A DNA stretch of 41,763 nt from Gammaproteobacteria bacterium (lineage in GTDB: Bacteria > Pseudomonadota > Gammaproteobacteria > Arenicellales > Poriferihabitantaceae): contig WLWV01000001.1 of the NCBI GenBank assembly GCA_012103395.1, positions 1 to 41,763 of the forward strand, given 5' to 3'. This document shows positions 1-9,603 of the stretch, in pieces. The translations under genes were made by a program, and so were the position numbers. Numbering within the stretch: position 1 is the stretch's first letter; each line of letters opens with the position of its first letter. Below the pieces are notes generated by a model. The model saw only the letters and a program-made list of their open reading frames with translations, was not told the DNA's origin and did not search any database.

Positions 1-2
1 TT

Positions 3-92
3 GTCAGTGCCATTCTCGTTGAGATTGACGATGAATGGAGCAATGCCGACAAGCGATATATCGTGTGGAACGACAATAATGACTCAAACTAA
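3..92 (+). CDS. 3' end (last 29 codons) of an ORF cut by the window edge; C-terminus resembles IS256/Mutator-family transposases
   Basis: Hand translation in the frame starting at position 3 gives VSAILVEIDDEWSNADKRYIVWNDNNDSN, with stop TAA at 90-92. The pattern [GS]A[IV]L.E..DEW....[KR]RY[IL] matches the recalled C-terminal signature of Mutator/IS256-type transposases (for example IS1081, ...GAVLAEQHDEWIEGRRYLG...). Only 29 residues are visible. Confidence 0.35.
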   Translation, partial: VSAILVEIDDEWSNADKRYIVWNDNNDSN

Positions 93-365
93 ACCGAAGT
101 TACAGACGTAGGGTTGCACAATCGGTATCTATCTGTAGAAGTTTAGACCAAATCTGAACAGTATTCTTGGTCCAAGCTATAATGCTTCCAAGACATATCG
201 GCATCCCCCATTGTATGTGCTTCGATATTGTGCTTTAGGGAGCATAAAACAGTAGTTGATTAACATATACTGCAAAACCTGCTACCTCTCCTATTTCTAG
301 GTTAGTGATCAAGTATTCCTTGAACGCTTATTGACCAAGATTCACCTCAAAAAAACAGACATACC

Positions 366-962
366 TTAGAGGAAATCAGATATCACAGACATATTGTGAG
401 CCACAGTTGATTCTTTTTCGCCAACCGGAGCAACATAGTGTATAGCTTCTTTAGCTGCCTCTCTACTTACTAACCGAGCAATAATCCAGCTCGCAAGATA
501 TTGCGATGCCAAACATCCACCTGCAGTGGCAATGTTATTGTTAGCAATGAATGGTGCGTTCACTACATCAACACCCGCTTCAATCACCCAAGGTTTGGTC
601 GTAAGATCAGTACAGGCTGGCAGACTCTTCAGCAAACCAAGTTTTGCCATGAGTAATGTCCCCGAACACTGGCCACAAATGACCTGCCTCATTGGATCTA
701 ATTTGAACTGACCCATAATTGACTCGTCAATCGCTATCTTTCGAGTCAATATCCCACTTCCAAAAATTACTACATCTGCGCTATTGGCAAAGCTTAGGGT
801 TTGTTGTGATTGAACTGTAAGACCGTTCATTGATGTTACCGTTGGGGACGGAGATGTAATTTTAACATTCCATTCCCTATCCCGGATCCGATTTAGAATG
901 CCAAGAGCGACAAAAGAATCCAGCTCGTTGTATCCATCGAATGTCAGAATTGCAATATTCAT
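366..962 (-). CDS. DJ-1/PfpI family protein (class I glutamine-amidotransferase-like fold)
   Basis: 198-aa ORF with an ATG start and a GAGG Shine-Dalgarno-like motif upstream. It has the N-terminal strand MNIAILTFDGY and a nucleophile-elbow-like Cys in ICGQCSGTLLMAKLG, both typical of DJ-1/PfpI proteins. No specific activity can be assigned. Confidence 0.75.
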   Translation of the reverse strand: MNIAILTFDGYNELDSFVALGILNRIRDREWNVKITSPSPTVTSMNGLTVQSQQTLSFANSADVVIFGSGILTRKIAIDESIMGQFKLDPMRQVICGQCSGTLLMAKLGLLKSLPACTDLTTKPWVIEAGVDVVNAPFIANNNIATAGGCLASQYLASWIIARLVSREAAKEAIHYVAPVGEKESTVAHNMSVISDFL

Positions 963-1034
963 TTCACTACCTCGCTTTTAAATTCGATAATAGGTAAAAG
1001 GCTGAAGCCTGTTTCGTCCAACACAGATGAATGA

Positions 1035-1979
1035 TTAGCCTTTAGTGCGAATCGCACGATTTGTATCAACGATATGTTGAGCCATTTTTACCGACGCCAC
1101 ATCAATCATTTGGCCGTCTAATGACGCTGCCCCTCTGCCCCTTTTTGCTGCTTCATCCATTGCAGAGATAATACGTTGCGCGTTTTTAAGTTCGCTGATT
1201 GGTGGTGTCATAACTTTGTTTGCCGCAGCGATCTGCTTGGGGTGAATCGCCCATTTTCCTTCGAAGCCTAAGGTTACGGCCCTTTGCAATTTCTGAACAT
1301 AACCGTCTTCGTCGTGATAATCACCAAACGCTGAATCAATTGGGCGCAATCCATTTGCCCTTGCTGCGATGACTATTTTTTGCATGATGTAGTGCCACTG
1401 ATCTCCGGGATAGTCGGGGGCATCTCCACCAATGAGTGTCATTCTTGCTCGGCAACTTGCAGCAAAGTCTCCTGCGCCAAAATGTAACGCTTCCAATCGA
1501 TCGCTACAGGCTGCGATACGACTAAGATTTTCGGCACCCTGGGCCGTCTCAACGAGTACTTCGATACCAATGGTGTTAGTGAGGTTGAGATGGGTTTCTA
1601 ACTGATTAAGCAAACACTCCAACACTTTAACGTCAGTGTCTTCATTTACTTTGGGCAATAAAATACTGTCTATATGTTCACCAACACTTTCAACAATCTG
1701 AATTAGGTCCTTATACATAAAAGGGGTGTTCGAGCCGTTGATCCGAATCACCACCCCTTTAGTGGTTGATTTCCATTTCTGCTCACTCATCGCATTGATC
1801 ACGTTCTCTCGTGCTCGTTGCTTGTCATCGATCGCCACCGAGTCTTCGCAGTCCAGCATGATAACGTCAGCCTCACTGCTCAACGCTTTTTCAAACATGT
1901 GAGTATTGATGGCGGGCACAGACAACATACTGCGTTGTAAACGAAACGGTCTGTTAACACTTGAGCTCAAAACTGTCAT
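1035..1979 (-). CDS. mcl: Malyl-CoA lyase (HpcH/HpaI-CitE-like aldolase/lyase family)
   Basis: 314-aa ORF with near full-length resemblance to the recalled Methylobacterium extorquens Mcl. Shared motifs include RLQRSMLSVPA, ADVIMLDCEDSVA, GLRPIDSAFGDY, LGFEGKWAIHPKQI and AAKRGRGAASLDGQMIDVAS. Confidence 0.8.
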   Translation of the reverse strand: MTVLSSSVNRPFRLQRSMLSVPAINTHMFEKALSSEADVIMLDCEDSVAIDDKQRARENVINAMSEQKWKSTTKGVVIRINGSNTPFMYKDLIQIVESVGEHIDSILLPKVNEDTDVKVLECLLNQLETHLNLTNTIGIEVLVETAQGAENLSRIAACSDRLEALHFGAGDFAASCRARMTLIGGDAPDYPGDQWHYIMQKIVIAARANGLRPIDSAFGDYHDEDGYVQKLQRAVTLGFEGKWAIHPKQIAAANKVMTPPISELKNAQRIISAMDEAAKRGRGAASLDGQMIDVASVKMAQHIVDTNRAIRTKG

Positions 1980-2047
1980 GATTTATACAATGAGAATGAA
2001 AAAAGCCGGTACTCAGGTTGATCCAGCTTATCAACGGACATTAGGCA

Positions 2048-2170
2048 TTACGCTTCAATCCGACAACAGAAACAGGAGTGTATAACAGCTTTCGCTTCCC
2101 TTCCATGTAAAGACGTCAATGGCGAATCGAGAACAATATCAATCGTTTCAAGATCTGATCTAGCAGCCAT
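2048..2170 (-). CDS. Candidate 40-aa small ORF between fhs and mcl (MAARSDLETIDIVLDSPLTSLHGREAKAVIHSCFCCRIEA)
   Basis: Hand-translated and not in the ORF track, which omits ORFs under 60 aa. ATG is at 2168-2170 on the minus strand and TAA at 2048-2050. A strong Shine-Dalgarno GGAAGGAGAG ends about 7-9 nt upstream of the ATG. I recognise no homology. Confidence 0.25.
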   Translation of the reverse strand: MAARSDLETIDIVLDSPLTSLHGREAKAVIHSCFCCRIEA

Positions 2171-2214
2171 CGATTATCTCTCCTTCCACACCCAAGGCAT
2201 CTAGATTTCCATCG

Positions 2215-2239
2215 AAAAAGCCGGCTATAAATAGCCGGC
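2215..2239 (-). terminator. Rho-independent terminator downstream of fhs
   Basis: The minus strand reads GCCGGCTAT-TT-ATAGCCGGC followed by TTTTT. This is a perfect 9-bp GC-rich inverted repeat about 58 nt after the fhs stop. Confidence 0.6.
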
Positions 2240-2296
2240 CTTCCTATTACTTCATTGCCCAAACCAGACTAGGTTAGGCAACACTAAAAATAACAG

Positions 2297-3964
2297 CTAA
2301 AACAAACCTTCTACATCACCTTCTTCGTTAATTCGAATGCGGTTAGCTGCGGGCTTACGAGGTAAACCGGGCATCGTCATAATATCGCCGCAAACCACGA
2401 CGATAAACCCAGCCCCAGCGGACAAACGAACTTCGCGAACAGGTAAAGTATGCCCGGTCGGTGCGCCCTTCAGATTTGGGTCAGTGGAAAAGCTATATTG
2501 GGTTTTTGCAATACACACCGGCAGATCGCCAAAGCCACCATTTTGCAAATCATTGATTTGATTGAGAGTTTTTTGGTCTACATTAATACCATCCGCACGA
2601 TATAATCGAGTTGCAACTGTTTCAATTTTCTCCAAAATAGGCATATCGGCTGGATAAAGAGGGCTGAAATCACTCACTCCGCTATCAGCAACTTTAGCAA
2701 CCTCTTCGGCCAGTGCTGTTGTGCCATTACCCCCTTCAGCCCAATGATTTGCATCAATTGCTTTAACACCATAAGTTGCGGCGAGTTCTCTCACCGCTGC
2801 GATTTCTGCTTCGGTATCTGCGCTAAATTGGTTAATCGCTACGACAACTGGAACACCGTAGGATGTCACATTTTCGATGTGACGACCTAGATTAACACAT
2901 CCATCTCTGACAGCTTCCACGTTTTCGTTACCCAGCTCATCTTTTGTGACACCACCGTGCATTTTCAACGCTCGGACAGTCGCAACAATCACAACCGCAT
3001 CTGGGGCCAAGCCTGCGCTGCGGCACTTAATGTCAAAGAACTTCTCAGCACCGAGATCTGCACCAAACCCCGCTTCTGTCACAACGTAGTCAGCCATTTT
3101 CATGGCTGCTTGAGTTGCAATCACGGAATTACAGCCGTGAGCGATATTGGCAAAAGGGCCACCGTGGATAAAGGCGGGGTTATGTTCAAGTGTTTGCACA
3201 AGATTAGGTGCGAGTGCTTCTTTTAGCAGTACTGTCATCGGCCCTGGACCCATCACAGCCTCAGCGCGAATTGGTGTCCGATCACGAGTATACCCAACCA
3301 CAATTTTGCCCAATCGTGCCTCTAGATCTTCTAGACTAGTTGCTAGACAAAAAATTGCCATGACTTCAGACGCAACCGTGATGTCAAAACCATCTTCGCG
3401 AGGATAACCATTAGAAACACCACCAAGCGAGCTTGTTATTTGGCATAAAGAGCGATCATTCATATCGACAACCCTTCTCCAAGCAACCCGACGACTGTCG
3501 AACTCAGCCTCATTCCCCCAGTAAATGTGATTATCGATCAACGCCGACAAAAGGTTATGCGCAGAGCTAATTGCATGAAAGTCACCGGTAAAGTGCAAAT
3601 TGATATCTTCCATTGGAATCACCTGAGCATAACCGCCACCAGCAGCACCGCCTTTCATGCCAAAACAGGGGCCCAGTGACGGTTCGCGCAAACAAACCAT
3701 GGCATTTTTGCCAATCTTGTTGAGACCATCGGTTAATCCAACCGAGGTTGTCGTTTTACCTTCTCCAGCTGGTGTTGGAGTGATAGCAGTAACCAGAATC
3801 AATTTGGCATCTGGCTTATCTTTAAGAGACTCGATGTAATCCAGACTGACTTTAGCTTTAGTGTGGCCAAAAGGGGATAAAGCGTCGTTTGGTATACCTA
3901 ATCTATCGGCGATCTCAAAAATCGGCTTAATGGGGGCCGCTCGGGCAATTTCTATATCACTCAT
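2297..3964 (-). CDS. fhs: Formate--tetrahydrofolate ligase (formyl-THF synthetase)
   Basis: 555-aa ORF of typical FTHFS length, with the P-loop-like [28 protein letters not shown] and the C-terminal ...MPGLP. pattern. Confidence 0.95.
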   Translation of the reverse strand: MSDIEIARAAPIKPIFEIADRLGIPNDALSPFGHTKAKVSLDYIESLKDKPDAKLILVTAITPTPAGEGKTTTSVGLTDGLNKIGKNAMVCLREPSLGPCFGMKGGAAGGGYAQVIPMEDINLHFTGDFHAISSAHNLLSALIDNHIYWGNEAEFDSRRVAWRRVVDMNDRSLCQITSSLGGVSNGYPREDGFDITVASEVMAIFCLATSLEDLEARLGKIVVGYTRDRTPIRAEAVMGPGPMTVLLKEALAPNLVQTLEHNPAFIHGGPFANIAHGCNSVIATQAAMKMADYVVTEAGFGADLGAEKFFDIKCRSAGLAPDAVVIVATVRALKMHGGVTKDELGNENVEAVRDGCVNLGRHIENVTSYGVPVVVAINQFSADTEAEIAAVRELAATYGVKAIDANHWAEGGNGTTALAEEVAKVADSGVSDFSPLYPADMPILEKIETVATRLYRADGINVDQKTLNQINDLQNGGFGDLPVCIAKTQYSFSTDPNLKGAPTGHTLPVREVRLSAGAGFIVVVCGDIMTMPGLPRKPAANRIRINEEGDVEGLF

Positions 3965-4080
3965 CGTCTATCCAACTGGGGGTTTGTTTAAATTATTAGA
4001 GAAAGAGTTATCAACCAAGGTTTCGTGAACTCGAGGCAAATCTGTACTATCGGTAAAAATAGATTTCTAATTGGAATTTT

Positions 4081-4135
4081 ATTTCATAAAACACATAAAT
4101 AGCAGCATTTTTATTGCAAATACTACTATTTATGT
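4081..4135 (-). terminator. Rho-independent terminator downstream of the formate dehydrogenase alpha gene
   Basis: On the minus strand, ACATAAATAGTAGTA pairs with TGCTGCTATTTATGT across a 13-nt loop. That gives 15 bp including two G-U pairs that form only in the minus-strand RNA. GTTTTATG follows, and the hairpin starts about 20 nt after the stop at 4155. Confidence 0.6.
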
Positions 4136-4154
4136 TTGTAATACAAAACTCTTT

Positions 4155-6914
4155 TTACTGTGTCGATTCAATTCGTGCAGCACAAAACTTGAATTCGGGA
4201 ATTTTCCCGACAGGATCCAACGCAGAATTAGTCAAGGTATTGGCTGCCGCTTCGGCATAACAAAATGGAATGAAAATCACGTCATCAGGCACCCCTGCAT
4301 CAGATCGTGTTTTGATTTCAAGCACACCTCTGCGAGTAGATACTTTGATTTTCTCACCTGCTTCTATCTGCAGATTCATTAGCACCTTGGGTGAAACGCT
4401 GGCAACGGCTTCTGGTTCGATTTGGTCCAAAACGTCCGTTCTTCGCGTCATTGAACCCGTATGCCAATGCTCCAACTGACGACCCGTTGTCAATATCATC
4501 GGGTATTCTGTGTCGGGAACTTCATCTGGTGAAATCACATTAGCTGTCACTAGCTTACCTTTGCCTGACGCCGTTGGAAACCCATTCGTAAATACGATTT
4601 CGTTACCAGGTTGATCAGGAGAATCACAAGGATAAGTAACAGCGTCTTCTCTTTCTAAGCGATCCCATGAGATATTTTTGAATGAAGCCATGACCGTACC
4701 CATCTCTGCAAATACATCCCTTGGATGGTCATAATTCCAATCTAAGTCGAGCCTTCTAGCAATCTCTTGAGTAATCCACCAGTCCTGTCGAGCATCTCCG
4801 GGCAACGATAACGCCTTTCGGCCAAGTTGCACCTGCCGATTGGTATTCGTCACAGTGCCGTCTTTTTCTGGCCAAGCCGATGCAGGTAGAATGACATCGG
4901 CGTAGAATGCCGTCTCCGTCAAAAATAGATCCTGCACAACTAGATGGTCTAGTTTCGCCAAAGCATCTCTTGCATGTTGCACATCCGGATCAGACATCGC
5001 TGGGTTTTCGCCCATAATGTACATACCTTTTATCTCATTATCATGGATCGCATGCATAATCTCAACCACTGTCAAGCCACGTTGAGGGTCCAGCTTTGTT
5101 CCCCAAGCGTCCTCAAACTGAGATCGCAGATTATCAGCATCCACCAATTGATAATCAGGCAACATTATCGGAATCAAACCTGCGTCAGAGGCACCTTGAA
5201 CGTTATTCTGCCCTCTTAGTGGATGCAATCCGGTTCCTGGTCGACCCACCTGACCCGTGATCAGAGACAAGGCGATCAAACATCGTGCATTGTCTGTACC
5301 ATGGGTATGTTGAGAAATTCCCATTCCCCAAAAGATAATTGACGCCTTGGACGTTGCATAAGTTCGCGCTACAGTTCTCAGTGTTTGGGCATCAATACCA
5401 CAGATTGGCTCCATTTTCTCGGGCGTAAAATCAACGATATGTTTTTTAAGGTTTTCAAAGCCCTCGGTGTGTTGACTCACGTATTTGTCATCATATAGTT
5501 CCTCAGTGATGATGACATTGAGCAACGCATTGAGCATGGCTACATCCGAACCAGACTTAAACTGCAACATGTGTTTGGCATGCCGCTGAAATTCTGTCTT
5601 TCTAGGATCCATAATGATCAGCGTTGAGTTCTTCGCCGCTTGCTTAAAGAATGTAGCTGCCACAGGATGGTTGGAAACTGGATTCGCACCAATAATGATC
5701 ACACAATCTGAATCCTTCACCGCAGTAAAAGGCGCCGATACTGCACCGGAGCCAACACCTTCAAGTAATGCTGCCACCGAAGAGGCATGACATAACCTAG
5801 TACAATGGTCGACGTTATTTGTTCCAAAACCCGTTCTTACAAGCTTCTGAAACAAGTAGGCTTCTTCATTAGAACATTTCGCTGAACCAAACCCTGCCAA
5901 GGCGTTACTACCATGGTCCTCACGAATTTGTCTTAATCCACCTCCCGCAAGATCTAATGCTTCTTCCCAACTTGCTTCGCGAAAGTGGGTAAATGGGTTG
6001 GAGGGATCGAGATCAAGTTCCCCTCTTTTTGTCGACTTATCAATTCGAATCAGTGGTTTAGTTAGCCGATGAGGGTGCTTGACATAATCAAAGCCAAAGC
6101 GACCTTTTACGCAAAGACGATTTTGATTGGCAGGCCCTTCTTTGCCCTTAACAGAGACAATAGTATTGTCTTTAATCTTATAGGTAAGTTGGCAGCCCAC
6201 ACCACAATATGGGCAAACGCTATTCGTCTCAGTCAATTCAGATAATGGGTCTGCATATTTCGCGACACCTTTTTCGTCCACCATACTGATTTCCATTAGC
6301 GCACCAGTGGGACAAGCCTGAACGCATTCTCCGCAAGCGACACAAGTACTTGCGCCCATATCATCACCCTGATCGAAGACTATTTGGGAATGGTGTCCGC
6401 GATTCGCCATACCGATCACATCATTTACCTGCACTTCACGACAAGCCCGCACACATAGATTACATTGGATACAGGCGTCCAATGCCACCTGCATAGCAGG
6501 ATGAGTAATGTCAATCTGAGGTGCCTCACGGGCTTCAAATCGGCTTGATTCAACACTCAGCTTATCTGCCCATTGCCACAAATGAGATTGCTTGTCGTGA
6601 GCAACTTCCCGTGCTGGTTGATCCGTGACCAGTAACTCCATAACCAAAGACTGTGCTTTTTTCGTGCGCTCATTATCCGTGCTAACGACCATACCAGGAT
6701 TTGGTTTTCTAAGGCAGGAAGCAGCCAGAACACGCTCTCCTTCTATTTCCACCATGCATGCTCTGCAATTACCGTCGGGCCGATAGTCAGGCTTCGGTGC
6801 ATAGCAAAGATGTGGGATCTCCACCGAGTGGCGTTTTGCTACCTGCCAAATTGTTTCTTCCGGACTAGCATGAACCGTTTTGCCATCTAGTGAAAACTCA
6901 ATCAGATCAGACAT
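4155..6914 (-). CDS. fdsA: NAD-linked formate dehydrogenase, catalytic alpha subunit (Mo/W-bisPGD, Cys-type, with N-terminal NuoG-like Fe-S domains)
   Basis: 919-aa ORF. The N-terminus has a 2Fe-2S ferredoxin-like Cys pattern (CYAPK...CRACMVEI...C). There are two 4Fe-4S ferredoxin motifs (CIQCNLCVRACREV, CVACGECVQACPTGAL) and the CPYCGVGCQL cluster of the molybdopterin domain. The active-site stretch CTRLCHASSV carries Cys where selenoenzymes carry Sec. The start lies 1 nt from the stop of the upstream beta gene. Confidence 0.9.
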   Translation of the reverse strand: MSDLIEFSLDGKTVHASPEETIWQVAKRHSVEIPHLCYAPKPDYRPDGNCRACMVEIEGERVLAASCLRKPNPGMVVSTDNERTKKAQSLVMELLVTDQPAREVAHDKQSHLWQWADKLSVESSRFEAREAPQIDITHPAMQVALDACIQCNLCVRACREVQVNDVIGMANRGHHSQIVFDQGDDMGASTCVACGECVQACPTGALMEISMVDEKGVAKYADPLSELTETNSVCPYCGVGCQLTYKIKDNTIVSVKGKEGPANQNRLCVKGRFGFDYVKHPHRLTKPLIRIDKSTKRGELDLDPSNPFTHFREASWEEALDLAGGGLRQIREDHGSNALAGFGSAKCSNEEAYLFQKLVRTGFGTNNVDHCTRLCHASSVAALLEGVGSGAVSAPFTAVKDSDCVIIIGANPVSNHPVAATFFKQAAKNSTLIIMDPRKTEFQRHAKHMLQFKSGSDVAMLNALLNVIITEELYDDKYVSQHTEGFENLKKHIVDFTPEKMEPICGIDAQTLRTVARTYATSKASIIFWGMGISQHTHGTDNARCLIALSLITGQVGRPGTGLHPLRGQNNVQGASDAGLIPIMLPDYQLVDADNLRSQFEDAWGTKLDPQRGLTVVEIMHAIHDNEIKGMYIMGENPAMSDPDVQHARDALAKLDHLVVQDLFLTETAFYADVILPASAWPEKDGTVTNTNRQVQLGRKALSLPGDARQDWWITQEIARRLDLDWNYDHPRDVFAEMGTVMASFKNISWDRLEREDAVTYPCDSPDQPGNEIVFTNGFPTASGKGKLVTANVISPDEVPDTEYPMILTTGRQLEHWHTGSMTRRTDVLDQIEPEAVASVSPKVLMNLQIEAGEKIKVSTRRGVLEIKTRSDAGVPDDVIFIPFCYAEAAANTLTNSALDPVGKIPEFKFCAARIESTQ

Positions 6915-6915
6915 T

Positions 6916-8616
6916 TTATAGGTCCTCCTTAAAGTACTTTAAAACACAGTTGATCGGATTCCCTGCAGCTTGACCCAAACCACATATCGAGGCATCTGTC
7001 ATCACTGCACTCAAATCATTCAGCAAGTCCACGTCCCATTGTGGTTTGACCATCACTTTTACCGCCTTTTCTGTTCCCACGCGACAGGGAGTACATTGAC
7101 CGCAACTTTCATCACGGAAGAACTCCATGAGATTAAGCGCGACCGATTTCATATTATCTTCATGGCTGAACACCACAACAGCCGCAGAGCCAATAAAGCA
7201 ACCATGTTTCTGCAGAGTGTCAAAGTCCAAGGGCTCGTCAGCTAAAGAGGCTGGCAAAATCCCCCCCGAAGCACCACCCGGCAGATAAGCCTTGAAGCGA
7301 TGCCCGTCCTGCATGCCACCACAATAGTTCTCGATCAACTCATTCATTGTGGTTCCAGCGGGTGCAAGCTTTACACCCGGGTTGTTCACTCTTCCTGATA
7401 CCGAATAACTACGCCAACCTTTGCGTCCATTAGCACCCGCCTGTGAAAACCATTCGGGGCCTTTCTCAACAATATCTCTCACCCAGTAGAGTGTTTCGAC
7501 ATTATTTTCAAGTGTTGGTCTACCAAATAGGCCAATTTCAGCGACATAGGGTGGACGGTTTCTCGGAAGCCCTCGTTTACCCTCGATAGACTCAATCATC
7601 GCTGATTCTTCCCCGCAAATATACGCACCAGCTCCTCGTCGCACTTCTATCTCTACATGATCTGCCAAACCTGTTTCTCTGACAGCGTCAATTTCAGTCT
7701 TCAGTAACGAAACGATAGCAGGATACTCATCTCGGACATAGACATAGCTTTTCTCAGTACCCACCACCCAGGCAGCAACCAACATCCCTTCGATGAATCG
7801 GTGAGGATCCGTTTCAAGGTAGTGACGATCCTTAAACGTACCCGGTTCTCCTTCATCTGCATTAACCGCCATCATTCGAGGGCCTTCAAAGCTGTGCACA
7901 ATGCCCCACTTTCGTCCTGTGGGAAACCCTGCACCACCCAATCCACGTAATGATGAATCATCCAATGACTGAATCACGCTGTCTGGTGCAACTTCACCCG
8001 ACAAACAACGTTTTAGCAACTGATAACCTCCCGATTCTACATACTGATTAAAAGTAATGTAGCTTGGAGTGTCTGGATGGATATGTCCCTGATTAGCGGC
8101 ATCTAGCAATACGGAAGCATCCGCATTTCCGATGTGGTTATGTCCAACCTCTGCGACGGGTGCACTGTCACAACGCCCCATACAAGGCGCACGAACAACT
8201 CGAATATCTGCAGAAGGGGACGTTTCCAGTGTCCCAATCAGCTGTTCCGCTCCTGCTAATTGACAGGCAATGCTGTCACAGACACGAATGGTGGTTTGAG
8301 GTGGTGGTGTTTCACCTTCCTTAACAACATCGAAGTGAGCGTAAAAGGTTGCAACTTCATAAACCTCAGTCTGGGCCAACCTCATCAATGATGCCAATGC
8401 GGCAATATGAGCTGATGACAAGTATCCATACTTATCTTGAACTAGATGCAAGTATTCGATCAAAAGATCACGTCGTAAAGGCGCGTCTCCCACCAAAGCT
8501 TGAACATCAACCAATGCTGACTGCTCAACCTGTCTTCCCTTAAGGACAGGGCGCATCTTTTTACGTCCGCTACCAGGGTGCCCCCTTTTCATTGCAACAT
8601 CAATAACTGCACTCAT
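6916..8616 (-). CDS. fdsB: NAD-linked formate dehydrogenase beta subunit with fused N-terminal gamma (NuoE-like) domain (FdsG-FdsB fusion)
   Basis: 566-aa ORF. Residues about 50-165 are NuoE-like (VYEVATFYAHF, VCDSIACQLAG...APCMGRCDSAP). The remainder is NuoF-like (GLGGAGFPTGRKW, NADEGEPGTFKDR, ESCGQCTPCRVG). Confidence 0.85.
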   Translation of the reverse strand: MSAVIDVAMKRGHPGSGRKKMRPVLKGRQVEQSALVDVQALVGDAPLRRDLLIEYLHLVQDKYGYLSSAHIAALASLMRLAQTEVYEVATFYAHFDVVKEGETPPPQTTIRVCDSIACQLAGAEQLIGTLETSPSADIRVVRAPCMGRCDSAPVAEVGHNHIGNADASVLLDAANQGHIHPDTPSYITFNQYVESGGYQLLKRCLSGEVAPDSVIQSLDDSSLRGLGGAGFPTGRKWGIVHSFEGPRMMAVNADEGEPGTFKDRHYLETDPHRFIEGMLVAAWVVGTEKSYVYVRDEYPAIVSLLKTEIDAVRETGLADHVEIEVRRGAGAYICGEESAMIESIEGKRGLPRNRPPYVAEIGLFGRPTLENNVETLYWVRDIVEKGPEWFSQAGANGRKGWRSYSVSGRVNNPGVKLAPAGTTMNELIENYCGGMQDGHRFKAYLPGGASGGILPASLADEPLDFDTLQKHGCFIGSAAVVVFSHEDNMKSVALNLMEFFRDESCGQCTPCRVGTEKAVKVMVKPQWDVDLLNDLSAVMTDASICGLGQAAGNPINCVLKYFKEDL

Positions 8617-8718
8617 TGTCTAATTGACTCTCTTAGGACGGGGTGTTTAAACTCTCAAAAACCGATGTTATTCTAGTGAATCGGCGCCTGTAGAAATATC
8701 CATATACGACCAAGTCAA

Positions 8719-9591
8719 TCACACAAGGACACTTTTTAGGGTACTACCTAGGGATGCAGGAGAGTTAGCAACTGCAATTCCAGCACTCTTAAGTGCTTCT
8801 ATTTTGTCGTCAGCCCCGCCTTTACCTCCCGCGATAATAGCTCCCGCATGCCCCATTCTTCTTCCTGGAGGTGCGGTAACACCTGCAATAAAACCGCACA
8901 TTGGCTTTTTCTTAGAGTTTTGCCTGATGAAATCAGCCGCTTCTTCCTCTGCGGTTCCACCGATTTCTCCAATCATAATGATAGATTCAGTTTCAGAGTC
9001 TGCAAGAAATAATTCGAGGCAATCGATGAAGTTCGTACCGTTAACCGGGTCACCGCCAATGCCAATACAGGTACTTTGCCCCATTCCTTCCGCCGTCGTT
9101 TGAGCCACCGCTTCATAGGTCAAAGTACCAGATCTTGACACAATTCCCACACTCCCTTTTTTGTGTATATGACCTGGCATAATGCCAATCTTGCAGGCAT
9201 CTGGTGTAATAATACCTGGGCAGTTTGGGCCAATCAGACGACTAGCAGAGCTTTCTAAAGCACGTTTAACCCTCACCATATCCAACACTGGTACACCTTC
9301 GGTAATGCAGACAATAAGAGGAATCTGAGCGTCAATGGCTTCAAGAATCGCGTCCGCCGCAAACGGAGGTGGGACATAGATAACTGATGCATTAGCGCCC
9401 GTCATTCCTACCGCTTCATCAACGGTATTAAATACCGGCAGGCCAAGATGGACTTGCCCACCCTTTCCTGGGGTTACGCCACCAACCATATGCGTCCCAT
9501 AGGCAATGGCCTGTTCACTATGAAACGTTGCTTGAGAACCCGTAAACCCCTGACAAATAACTTTGGTAGATTTGCTAACTAAAACAGACAT
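8719..9591 (-). CDS. sucD: ADP-forming succinate--CoA ligase alpha subunit (SucD type; a malate thiokinase role cannot be excluded from context)
   Basis: 290-aa ORF, very close to the recalled E. coli SucD ([33 protein letters not shown], and phosphohistidine loop [13 protein letters not shown]). An AGGA Shine-Dalgarno lies upstream. It starts 12 nt after the beta-subunit gene. Confidence 0.85.
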   Translation of the reverse strand: MSVLVSKSTKVICQGFTGSQATFHSEQAIAYGTHMVGGVTPGKGGQVHLGLPVFNTVDEAVGMTGANASVIYVPPPFAADAILEAIDAQIPLIVCITEGVPVLDMVRVKRALESSASRLIGPNCPGIITPDACKIGIMPGHIHKKGSVGIVSRSGTLTYEAVAQTTAEGMGQSTCIGIGGDPVNGTNFIDCLELFLADSETESIIMIGEIGGTAEEEAADFIRQNSKKKPMCGFIAGVTAPPGRRMGHAGAIIAGGKGGADDKIEALKSAGIAVANSPASLGSTLKSVLV

Positions 9592-9603
9592 AAGATTTTT
9601 CCT

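Noticed and set aside
4155-6914. Possible selenocysteine recoding in the formate dehydrogenase alpha subunit.
   Set aside because: The ORF is uninterrupted. The active-site position reads Cys (CTRLCHASS), so there is no in-frame TGA and no need for a SECIS element.
8685-8700. Short CTGTAGAA(A/G) words at about 8687, about 10243 (inside sucC) and about 38957 (recA-recX spacer). They resemble the start of the 28-nt edge motif.
   Set aside because: Only 8-9 nt are shared, and one copy lies inside a coding region. A specific 8-mer is expected about once by chance in 2 x 41.8 kb, and my search was biased. I keep only the two long edge copies as a finding.
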